This document shows, one piece after another, positions 19,017 through 27,273 of a DNA stretch of 64,000 nucleotides. The notes under the pieces were generated by a model that saw only the letters and a list, made by a program, of their open reading frames with translations, ran no database searches and had not been told where the DNA came from. Source of the DNA: an uncultured virus (IMG/VR IMGVR_UViG_2562617116_000002) (taxonomy: Duplodnaviria > Heunggongvirae > Uroviricota > Caudoviricetes); IMG/VR virus record IMGVR_UViG_2562617116_000002, positions 1 to 64,000 of that record. The stretch is one strand, 5' to 3'. Position numbers and translations under genes: made by a program. How positions within the stretch are numbered: the first letter of the stretch is position 1; every line of letters starts with the position of its first letter.

Positions 19017-20558
19017 TTATTCGTTCGATGTTGGTTCTGGTTCAGCTTTGTAAGGGTCTCCTACCTGTTTTTTTAGGTTTCTTTCTTGTAAAATCTCCAT
19101 GAATTTGACTTCCGCATTCTCTTTTCCGCTTCGAGTGATCGCTCCTTTAACCGATTCCAACTCGTAGGCAATTTCTTCGCCTAGCTGCTCGACAAGGGCT
19201 TTTTGATCCTCCGGTAATGGAAGTCCAAACACGATCTTACTTCCGTAATTGCTATCAACTTTCGCAAGCCATTCTTTCTCATATTTAAAGCGTGGATGTT
19301 CTTGGCGGGCTTTCATATAACGCAGAATGTATTCGTTCAACGTCTGTAGCCGCGACTGCCAAACGATCCATGCTCGCTGAGTTTTAGAAATGATCGATGA
19401 GTAAAGCATCTTCAATGCGAGGTCATTTATGCCTCCGGTATTAAGATCTGCGGTATTAACCATTGGAACCTCGCTTATCTCGTGAAGGCGCTTCTGTAGA
19501 CGGTCGAGATACGCCTCGATCGCCTCTTTAAATTTAAAGCCGCTTTCGAGTTTCTTTGCGTCAGGCTCTCCGATTTCTTTATTCGTTTCGCCAAGGTCCC
19601 AAATGGCTCCCGGCGCAATCTTAAACGGATTTTTCGGATCGTACTCGACGTTTGTTAAGAGAGTGATCGCGAACATTTCGAATCTCAGTGCGTCCGAGTA
19701 GTCGGATAGCTTCCGGTCAATCTCGTCGGCCGTTTCGATAAGCTTTTCAAGTTCGCTGAAGCCGCTTGTCTGCCCCGAAAGTTTCTCCGTTGGAATGTGT
19801 ACGACCGGAATAAAGTCGAGACCCATCGATTTTCTTTCGACTCGTTTCTCGACAAGACTGAGCCCGTCATCGTAGATCGCTTCTTCGATCTCACAGTCGT
19901 AGTTTCCGGTATCTTCATCGCCGTTCCAGACGAGATAATACGAAAGTTTCCAAAGCTTCGTCTGTTCTTCGTCCAACCACGCAACGAAATGAACTTCGTC
20001 AAGTTGATCGACATCCCATTCGTTATGAACTGCGATAACTTCGGTCGACGGATGCCACAGTATTTTGATTTCTCCGCGGCGTGTATCGTAGTGCAGACGA
20101 GCATAAACGCCGGTTCGGCTGATTGCGCGATCCTTTGCTGCTGCGAGTAGTTTTTCGTGCATCCGATTCTCTTCCCAAACCCACGTCAGCAAGCGTTCTT
20201 TCGCCTTTGCCCGGCTGTTTTCTTCCTCTTGTAGTGGACTTGGCGTGTATCCCGGCTTAATCATGTCCGCAGGATCGTCGAGAACGTCCGGAGGAACGGT
20301 CACTTTCGGTTCCTTCTCGAATTGCCAGGCCGCAGTCGAATCGATTAGCTTCCGGGGGTAGTTCATCGTAAGCTGCGTCGGTTCATAATCGATTTCTTTC
20401 GGCTTAACGTAGTCGGTCCAAACGTTCAGATCGCCTTCGTAGCGTCGGTAAAGCTTGATTTCGTCAACAATGCGCTGAAATTCTTTCGATCCAAGCGCTT
20501 CTTCCATTGGAAGGACGAATTGAAACGGGTTGATAAAATTTCGGTCAATAATTACGAT
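19017..20558 (-). CDS. Portal protein (SPP1 gp6-like); probable ATC start at 20558
   Basis: Follows terL; AAAGGAGG-N8-ATC is in frame with ATG 20507 and immediately preceded by TAA. Confidence 0.85.
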   Translation of the reverse strand: MVIIDRNFINPFQFVLPMEEALGSKEFQRIVDEIKLYRRYEGDLNVWTDYVKPKEIDYEPTQLTMNYPRKLIDSTAAWQFEKEPKVTVPPDVLDDPADMIKPGYTPSPLQEEENSRAKAKERLLTWVWEENRMHEKLLAAAKDRAISRTGVYARLHYDTRRGEIKILWHPSTEVIAVHNEWDVDQLDEVHFVAWLDEEQTKLWKLSYYLVWNGDEDTGNYDCEIEEAIYDDGLSLVEKRVERKSMGLDFIPVVHIPTEKLSGQTSGFSELEKLIETADEIDRKLSDYSDALRFEMFAITLLTNVEYDPKNPFKIAPGAIWDLGETNKEIGEPDAKKLESGFKFKEAIEAYLDRLQKRLHEISEVPMVNTADLNTGGINDLALKMLYSSIISKTQRAWIVWQSRLQTLNEYILRYMKARQEHPRFKYEKEWLAKVDSNYGSKIVFGLPLPEDQKALVEQLGEEIAYELESVKGAITRSGKENAEVKFMEILQERNLKKQVGDPYKAEPEPTSNE

Positions 20559-20573
20559 TTAAAACGCCTCCTT

Positions 20574-22325
20574 TCAGTAACGGTAATTTCCAACATTGCC
20601 GCCTTTTCTTCTACGCGACTTCACAACGGCCGAAACCGCCATCTCTAACGCATCGATAACGTCATCGTGGGCGCCCGTGCCGTACTGCTCGAATTGCTCA
20701 AGCAAAAGCGCATGCTTCCGATCGAATTGGATTGTTCCGTTTTCGATCGAAGGTAATAGCGCCTCGATACGGAGCTCTTTTCGGCTGCGGTGCTTTACTT
20801 TTTTGACGCGAGTGTCTGCCGGATAGCCTGCGTGTGTAAGCTGTTTTTTCAGCTCATCGACGAAAAATTCTTGCGCCGCCTGAGCTTCTGCCGCAATTAT
20901 GGTCGGCTGAAACTTGACGACCTTCCCGACAATGACCTTTAAGAATTCGTCCGGCTTTAATCGTTGGCCGAACGTGTCTATAACATAAATAGAGCCGCTA
21001 ACCTTATCGGCAGCGACGATCGCAATTGCGGAATAGTCTCCGCGTTCTTTCCCCATCGCGAAGTCTACCGCGAGAGAAACGTCATACTTCATATAGTCGA
21101 TATTTCCGTTGTGATACGTGAATTTTTCCGGGTTAAAGATCATCGATTCCTCATCGATCGGGTTGTTCATGTACTCCGTATTGAACGCTTTGGAGCCGTT
21201 ATCCCATTTCCAGCGCATCAACTTAAACAGCGGCTGAACGTCCGGCCACAAAACTTTGCTTCCGCGTAAGAGCTCATCCTCGTTTTCCTTGTAAAACCGC
21301 TCTGCATCCGCAAGTCGATTCGGATTATCGCGATCAATATAAATAAGCCGGCACTTTTCCCAAAGATCTAGGCGTTCCGGCTGTTTGATGATGGCGCGAT
21401 AGACTTTCGTTACGAAGTCGGATCGTTTGTAAAGAACGTGCATCAACAACGAATCCATATGGACGGTCGTTCCCATGTAAACGAAGGCTGTCCGCTTTCC
21501 TTTCGGATCTCCTAACGGCATTACAGTCTGCGAAAACCAGTCGCGAAGGTTCGATCGCTGTTCCGGCGTACTTGCGTTTCCGCCCGGCCGTGCATCCTCT
21601 AAGTCGTCGCAAATAATGAGATCCGGCCGCGTTCCGTTCCAGTTACGTCCACGAAGCGCCTGACCGGTCGAAGCCGCCTGAACGAGCGCTAACTGTTTCC
21701 GGCTGTCTCCGTCTGGATGCCACGCGATAAATGATTCCGAGTTGTCGATGATGTTCGCTTGGTCTTGCGGCGACAATAATGGTCCAAAGTCTTCGCGCAG
21801 CTTCTTGTTGAACTTAAGCTGATTCCGAATCCATTCCATATTGGCTTTTGAAACCGACGGCGTCTCCGAAATAATGATCGTGTATTTCCGTTTTCGATAA
21901 ACGATCTCGTGAACCGGAAAGGCTTTCGAAAGATACGTCGACTTGGCGTGTGAACGTGGCGCCGCTGCCGCAATCTTTTCGTTAACTCTTTCGGTAGATA
22001 CTACGTTCATAATGTCGCAGATCTCTACGTGGAAGGCCGGCGCTTCGCTTACATCCGTAACATCGAACCCATCCCAGTTTCCGTCATTGTCCGGGTTGCG
22101 TGCGTCCGAGAAGTATTCGATAGAAAATTCGAGCAAGTTCCCCTCGCAACGATGAATCCGTTTAAGACGCTCAAGTTCGGTCGCTTTTTCGTAATAGTCG
22201 GCGATCTCTGACGCAGGAATGTCATCACCGTAAGTTTCGTCGAGCGCGTTCAGGTATTCGATTAATACGCTGATGAGCTCTCCACGTTCACCCCGATTCA
22301 GCCAACGACCATCAACCCATGCGAT
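20574..22325 (-). CDS. terL: Terminase large subunit; probable ATC start at 22325
   Basis: Walker A 'APRSHAKST', Walker B 'IICDDLE', nuclease 'VDFA', 'HDDVIDA'; frame open up to AAAGGAGG-N8-ATC GCA TGG. Confidence 0.9.
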   Translation of the reverse strand: MAWVDGRWLNRGERGELISVLIEYLNALDETYGDDIPASEIADYYEKATELERLKRIHRCEGNLLEFSIEYFSDARNPDNDGNWDGFDVTDVSEAPAFHVEICDIMNVVSTERVNEKIAAAAPRSHAKSTYLSKAFPVHEIVYRKRKYTIIISETPSVSKANMEWIRNQLKFNKKLREDFGPLLSPQDQANIIDNSESFIAWHPDGDSRKQLALVQAASTGQALRGRNWNGTRPDLIICDDLEDARPGGNASTPEQRSNLRDWFSQTVMPLGDPKGKRTAFVYMGTTVHMDSLLMHVLYKRSDFVTKVYRAIIKQPERLDLWEKCRLIYIDRDNPNRLADAERFYKENEDELLRGSKVLWPDVQPLFKLMRWKWDNGSKAFNTEYMNNPIDEESMIFNPEKFTYHNGNIDYMKYDVSLAVDFAMGKERGDYSAIAIVAADKVSGSIYVIDTFGQRLKPDEFLKVIVGKVVKFQPTIIAAEAQAAQEFFVDELKKQLTHAGYPADTRVKKVKHRSRKELRIEALLPSIENGTIQFDRKHALLLEQFEQYGTGAHDDVIDALEMAVSAVVKSRRRKGGNVGNYRY

Positions 22326-22414
22326 AAAGATCGCCTCCTTTCATTTTTCGTATTGACTTTCGTTATCTTTTTCGTTAATATGAGTGTAACAAAATCATTT
22401 TTATATTACGGAGA

Positions 22415-22972
22415 GTGAGCGAAATGGCAAACGAAGTTTTTCCGATTAAATCAAAACGCGATTACAACAAGTTTATAAATGCGTTGAAACCTGGCCGTGA
22501 TCGAAACCTAGGCCAATTAGGCACTGCGTTCGGCCTGCGTATCAGCGACTTGTTAAAGTTTAAAATCGGAGAGCTTCGTGGCCATAAGTCGATCACGATT
22601 TGGGAGAAGAAACGGAAGAAAAAGCGTGTGATCACGTTCAGCCCTTCCGTTCTCAAAATCGTTAACCAACTCGAAGGCGATGACGACGATTACGTATTCG
22701 CCAGTCGGCAAGGTGGCGGCAAGCCGATCACCCGCGTTCAGGCATATCGTATCTTAAACGATGCAGCCAAACGGGCCGGAATTTACGAAAAGATCGGCGG
22801 CATCGGTACGCACTCGCTCCGTAAGACGTTTGGTTACCGCCTATATGAAAACGGCGTTGATATTACGCGCATCATGTCGATACTCAACCACTCAAGCGAG
22901 CGCGAGACGTTGAGATATATCGGGATTACAGCCGACGAGATATCGGAAGCTTACGAAAGCATCGAGGTTTAG
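22415..22972 (+). CDS. Small tyrosine recombinase (catalytic domain only)
   Basis: 'GLRISD', 'HSLRKTF', 'LNHSS..ETLRYI'; own TTGACT-N18-TAATAT promoter near 22354-22383. Confidence 0.9.
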   Translation: MSEMANEVFPIKSKRDYNKFINALKPGRDRNLGQLGTAFGLRISDLLKFKIGELRGHKSITIWEKKRKKKRVITFSPSVLKIVNQLEGDDDDYVFASRQGGGKPITRVQAYRILNDAAKRAGIYEKIGGIGTHSLRKTFGYRLYENGVDITRIMSILNHSSERETLRYIGITADEISEAYESIEV

Positions 22973-22992
22973 GACTTCGGTGCTTTTTTTGT

Positions 22993-23517
22993 TTACAGAA
23001 GCGAAACCCATTTCGTTTGCCTCGTAGGATGATCGTCTGTATATCCGAGATTATTGACGACTTCGCGTTCCCACTCCTTCTCCTGATCCGTTTTAAGTTC
23101 GCTATACGCAAGGATAACTGTCGTTGGCCGCGTTCCTTTAAACTGCCATCCAACTGCCGCTTGGCCTACGTATAGCGCCTGAAATCGAGTTCGATCGCTG
23201 TTTAGCGAGCGTAGCGCGCCTTCTAGCATTTGTGCCTGTCCGGGAGTATCTACGACTATAACAACGTACTCTATTTCGCTCCCTATTCGTCCGTAATATA
23301 CATCCTCAACGTTTGGCATTTCTCGAATATGTTGCTGCGAACTTTCTAATTCGGCCAGCGCTTTAGTCGCCGCCTTTGCCTCGCGTTGAATCGCCTTCAG
23401 TCCGGTTATCGCGTCGGATACATCAACGTCGATCTTGACGCTGATTCTGTCCGCAGCATTGTCCGTTTCGTACATCTGATTCGATCCCATTTCGATTGAT
23501 TCGCGTTTGTCCGCCAT
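22993..23517 (-). CDS. Hypothetical phage protein
   Basis: AAAGGAG RBS, 174-aa ORF, ends at a bidirectional terminator (22958-22990). Confidence 0.7.
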   Translation of the reverse strand: MADKRESIEMGSNQMYETDNAADRISVKIDVDVSDAITGLKAIQREAKAATKALAELESSQQHIREMPNVEDVYYGRIGSEIEYVVIVVDTPGQAQMLEGALRSLNSDRTRFQALYVGQAAVGWQFKGTRPTTVILAYSELKTDQEKEWEREVVNNLGYTDDHPTRQTKWVSLL

Positions 23518-23565
23518 TCACATCGTCTCCTTTTTCGTTATTTAAGACGGCAAAACCGTCTCTTA

Positions 23566-23637
23566 CAGGGGCGACAGGGATCGAACCTGCCCACGCGGTT
23601 TTGGAGACCGCATCGCCACCGAGGAACATGCGCCCCT
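23566..23637 (-). tRNA. tRNA-Trp(CCA), atypical D arm, CCA end not encoded
   Basis: Acceptor AGGGGCG/CGCCCCT+G; anticodon arm GCGGT-CTCCAAA-ACCGC; T arm GCAGG-TTCGATC-CCTGT. Confidence 0.85.
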
Positions 23638-23639
23638 AG

Positions 23640-23885
23640 GATCGCCTGCGCACCGGAAGGCTCGGAAGCACATTCCGGAAAGACCCGTAGGCAACGCAAG
23701 CACAAAAAGAGAGACCCTTATTCGGATCGCCCTCGTTCTGATTGCGTTATTAACACCCGCCGCCTCAAGGTAGGGCAGCGTGGTTTTTCGGAAGGTAAGA
23801 CCGAAAATAACCCTTCCGCGCGGATATGGGAGCGTTGATCAGGCGCTCAAACACCATTCCGCTTATTTTGCGAGTTGTCTCGCTA
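23640..23885 (-). ncRNA. Candidate structured non-coding RNA upstream of tRNA-Trp
   Basis: At least five consecutive hairpins, no credible ORF. Confidence 0.4.
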
Positions 23886-23992
23886 CCCGGAAAATTTGCA
23901 CGAAATTAGCGTCTCTAACCGTTCCCCTACCGAATACTCTCGTCGGAGACTGAAACGTCTAATTTCGTGTGATTTGCGCGTGAAAATCGTTA

Positions 23993-24145
23993 TTATCCTT
24001 TAGCTCGAATAGTTAGCGTCGTATCTCGTTCGTAAAACTCATCATCAATGTCTGTGTCTACGGAAAAATTAACGCAATTCTGTTCGATTAGCCTTTCGAA
24101 TACTTTTCGCAAATCCGCTTTCTCTTCTTCAGTTAGTTTCGCCAT
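23993..24145 (-). CDS. Small acidic hypothetical protein (50 aa)
   Basis: AAAAGGAG then MAKLTEEEKADLRKVFERLIEQ... Confidence 0.65.
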   Translation of the reverse strand: MAKLTEEEKADLRKVFERLIEQNCVNFSVDTDIDDEFYERDTTLTIRAKG

Positions 24146-24282
24146 GTTATCGTCTCCTTTTCGTAGGTCAAAGTGATTTTTTGATATGCGCGTTTAAGGT
24201 GCGTCTGGAGCCGCGGATTTTGTTTTTCCCTCCCCGGCCCCCTCCTTCGTTGTGTATCCGGTATTCATTCGTTTGTATATCG

Positions 24283-24311
24283 AGTGTAACACTATCGGAT
24301 TCTGTTACACT
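24283..24311. promoter_or_regulatory. Candidate tyrosine-recombinase core site
   Basis: AGTGTAACA-N11-TGTTACACT perfect inverted repeat; 17-bp direct repeats nearby at 24331 and 24402. Confidence 0.5.
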
Positions 24312-24584
24312 GACGTTCATCGCAATCGTTGTCATATCAACGTTCATTCGTTGTTGTATTGCGCTATGTATTTCGTTTTATTTATGCAGCGTATAAACCG
24401 CGTCATATCAACGTTCATATATTCGGTAGGATCAGCGCGATATGTATAAGATAGTGCATAAACGGATGGGCTTTCGTCAAAGTGATCGGAGGGTCGCGCG
24501 CCAGGAGGTTTCAGCTGATAGAATACTATCCGTCGTCACCCCTCGTAAACCCTCCGCATCCTACTCGTTTCCTATATACTGCGC

Positions 24585-24977
24585 CTAATGTTCGGCATCC
24601 TTACGCAACGCTCTCATACGCTCTATCTGCGCCTTCATCTCGTCTATGTCCGTATCGCTGCCGTTCTTATTCTCTACGACAACATTATCCGTAAGCATAC
24701 TATGCGCCTGCAATAACGTCCTGAACATCGCAGCGTTTCCGTCGTTAATGATATGATCCGGTATGGAGTCCATTACTTCCGGTAAACGATCGAGAGTGTT
24801 CCGCATAATCTGACGCTTTAGTTCGTCATTAAACGAATCATTCTGCCGCCATTCATATAACGTCTGCCTACTTACGCCTACTTCTTCGGCAATCTGATCG
24901 TAAGTCATTCCGCCTCTTTTCGGCTGTGCTAAAATCGTTATGGCTGCGATCTGTTTTTCGCTAAGTTTCCGGGCCAA
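24585..24977 (-). CDS. terS: Terminase small subunit (HTH type)
   Basis: 'TYDQIAEEVGVSRQTLYEWR...F'; first gene of the late cluster; AAAGGAGG then TTG. Confidence 0.75.
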   Translation of the reverse strand: MARKLSEKQIAAITILAQPKRGGMTYDQIAEEVGVSRQTLYEWRQNDSFNDELKRQIMRNTLDRLPEVMDSIPDHIINDGNAAMFRTLLQAHSMLTDNVVVENKNGSDTDIDEMKAQIERMRALRKDAEH

Positions 24978-25318
24978 TTTTCCGCCCTCCTTTCCGTTAA
25001 GTTTACGTAGCTTTACGTCCTTCTACTACGTATAGACAACTACGGATATGAAAGTTGATATATTATCGTTATATTAACGCTATCCTTTCGTATGTTTTAA
25101 ATACTAGCGTCCACTCCGTCGCTAACGCTCCTCCGTGTCCGCGGATATTATTAAGACCTATCGCGATACAATTATTTATACAATATACATGATTGCGTTT
25201 CTGCGGGACGGAGTGAAACGTAGTTCCCGCTAGTCTTCGGATTCAGAAGACTAAGAAGTGATTGCGGACTGAAAATCGCTGTATCCCTTGCGGCTGTAAG
25301 CACGAACCCTATTTTCGG

Positions 25319-25370
25319 TTGTGCGAATAAAGTCGTGTTTTTGGCCGATTTGTGCGAATAAGATCGTGTT
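25319..25370. repeat. Two 21-bp direct repeats, 31-bp period (iteron-like)
   Basis: TTGTGCGAATAAAGTCGTGTT and TTGTGCGAATAAGATCGTGTT. Confidence 0.8.
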
Positions 25371-25500
25371 CATTATCAATTACGTTATTCTAATTGAGAA
25401 TATGTAGGTAATCATCCGACTTCTCGCCGTCATATCAACCGTATTATTATTCACATTAACGTATAAATATACGATATCAACACGAAGAAAAAGACGCCAA

Positions 25501-25719
25501 TCATTCGTCAGCGTCTTCGTCTAGGTCGATAAGCTCTCGTATATCCGATATATTCAACGCGGTTGCAATCCGGCTAAGGTGGTCGAGCTGCACCCGTTCC
25601 TTAATCCCGCGACACAGTTCGCTGATGGCAGACGGCCTTATTCCGGTTAGCTCTGCGAGTTCCTTCTGCGTCATATTCTTCCGATCAAGTAGCTCGGCTA
25701 TCTTTAATTTAACGATCAT
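25501..25719 (-). CDS. Xre-family HTH repressor
   Basis: 'MTQKELAELTGIRPSAISEL'. Confidence 0.9.
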   Translation of the reverse strand: MIVKLKIAELLDRKNMTQKELAELTGIRPSAISELCRGIKERVQLDHLSRIATALNISDIRELIDLDEDADE

Positions 25720-25770
25720 TTGCCGGCACCTCCTGCGAATATTATAACGTAAAAACGATATTTTTGTAAA

Positions 25771-25806
25771 TAACGCATTGACGTTATAACGTTTATGCGT
25801 TATAAT
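25771..25806 (+). promoter_or_regulatory. SigA promoter embedded in a 32-bp palindromic operator
   Basis: TTGACG(25778)-N17-TATAAT(25801); TAACGCATtgACGTTATAACGTttATGCGTTA. Confidence 0.85.
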
Positions 25807-25833
25807 TAAGGTAACGAAAGGAGGTGAACGTAA

Positions 25834-25980
25834 TTGATTGACACCGTAATGAAGCTTTCGGCAATCATCGCAACTTGGCTCGGAATTCTAAAAATCGTCT
25901 TAGAAATCCGCAAGATGCGAAAAGACGCCGAAAGTAAAGAGCGACGGCCTCCTACCACGAAGCACCGTCGCCGAACATAA
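25834..25980 (+). CDS. 48-aa single-TM peptide with basic tail
   Basis: AAAGGAGG then TTG; MIDTVMKLSAIIATWLGILKIVLEIRKMRKDAESKERRPPTTKHRRRT. Confidence 0.75.
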   Translation: MIDTVMKLSAIIATWLGILKIVLEIRKMRKDAESKERRPPTTKHRRRT

Positions 25981-26024
25981 GCTACGAGGGGCATTTCGCC
26001 CCTTGTCAATCAATTATAACACGA

Positions 26025-26189
26025 ATGAAACGAATTGATACCACGGAAATTTTGTTAATCGTCGTCTTGCTCGCCTGGATTGCGGATATGAACTTCGGCC
26101 GGCTGTCCGTCCTGGACTACGTCGGCCTCGGATCAGCGATCGTTTTCATCGCGCTTCTATTCTTTAGATCGGGGAGGAATCGGAAATGA
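26025..26189 (+). CDS. 54-aa two-TM membrane protein
   Basis: MKRIDTTEILLIVVLLAWIAD...LGSAIVFIALLFFRSGRNRK; ATGA overlap with the next gene. Confidence 0.65.
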   Translation: MKRIDTTEILLIVVLLAWIADMNFGRLSVLDYVGLGSAIVFIALLFFRSGRNRK

Positions 26190-26383
26190 CACTTTATATA
26201 AAACGTTTGTGGTCGGACACACCGCCATTAAGACCGCAGCAGGCCGATCAGATTCTCGATCTATATCAGCGCCCTGTTGCGACGTTTGAGGACTGTAGCC
26301 GAGCGTATCAGATTGGTATGCAAACAGCGCTGACCTGTCTCGGCTATCTAATCGCAACCAAACACGGAGGTCATGACGAATGA
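26186..26383 (+). CDS. Hypothetical protein
   Basis: GGGAGG RBS, translationally coupled. Confidence 0.65.
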   Translation: MTLYIKRLWSDTPPLRPQQADQILDLYQRPVATFEDCSRAYQIGMQTALTCLGYLIATKHGGHDE

Positions 26384-26562
26384 AGAACGTAAAATCAGTA
26401 TTCTTTGAAAACGCTGTAATTCCGGTGGAAGAGCTCCGCGAATGCCATCATTGTGACGAGGATAACTCCGTAGAATGGTATGCGGAAGATGTTCCGCAAG
26501 GCTACGTATGGAGCACGTACTGCCACGCTTGTCGAGAAGACGATTCCGGGTACGAATTTTAA
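26380..26562 (+). CDS. Small acidic zinc-ribbon protein
   Basis: CHHC...CHAC; GGAGG RBS. Confidence 0.65.
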   Translation: MKNVKSVFFENAVIPVEELRECHHCDEDNSVEWYAEDVPQGYVWSTYCHACREDDSGYEF

Positions 26563-26580
26563 TCATATATTGCGGAGGTA

Positions 26581-26919
26581 ATGACGATGAATAAAACGAA
26601 ACTTTTAACGGCCATCCTCGGCCTATCAATCGCAGGCAACGCGGCTCTCGGAATCTACGCCGCCAAATTAAACGAAGACGTCGATATTGCTTATCGCGTG
26701 GCTGACGACATGGCCGCCGAAGCTAAGGACGCCCAGGAAACGGTTGAACGCGAATATATCGTTGAAGGGAAGGACTACGCGGTATCAGCGGACGACGGCG
26801 GCTTCTCTTTCGATCCGGCAGCCACAGACGCAAAGCCAGGCGATCGGATTAGCGTGACTTTTACGGAGGATCAATACGAAAATGGCAGCGGATTTAAGAC
26901 GATTAAGGTTATCGAATAA
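26581..26919 (+). CDS. Membrane-anchored or secreted protein
   Basis: N-terminal hydrophobic helix, small beta domain. Confidence 0.7.
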   Translation: MTMNKTKLLTAILGLSIAGNAALGIYAAKLNEDVDIAYRVADDMAAEAKDAQETVEREYIVEGKDYAVSADDGGFSFDPAATDAKPGDRISVTFTEDQYENGSGFKTIKVIE

Positions 26920-27031
26920 CACACGAAATCAGGCGTTAAGCGGCCGCCGATACCTAATATACCCGTAATACTTTCCGGCGGCTCATACGCTTTAATTTCG
27001 TGGTAAAATCATTGAAAGGAGACGATGCGGA

Positions 27032-27184
27032 ATGTCGATCAATAAAACGCGTGGCTTTCTTTACGGATTATCCCGCCTGCTTGGCGATGTAAATGCGGTC
27101 AAGAAAGGAACCGTAGGAAAACGGATCGTACGAAGGGCAGCCGGGAAGCAAACCGGAAAAGCCCTGCGCAAACTATTTAAATGA
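27032..27184 (+). CDS. 50-aa basic protein
   Basis: AAAGGAG RBS; MSINKTRGFLYGLSRLLGDVNAVKKGTVGKRIVRR... Confidence 0.7.
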   Translation: MSINKTRGFLYGLSRLLGDVNAVKKGTVGKRIVRRAAGKQTGKALRKLFK

Positions 27185-27273
27185 CGGAATAATTTACCGC
27201 AACCGAATCGCTTTGTCTCGGCGGACTCTTACTATATCATTATAGTAACTACGCTGAAACGAGGTGATTCTTT

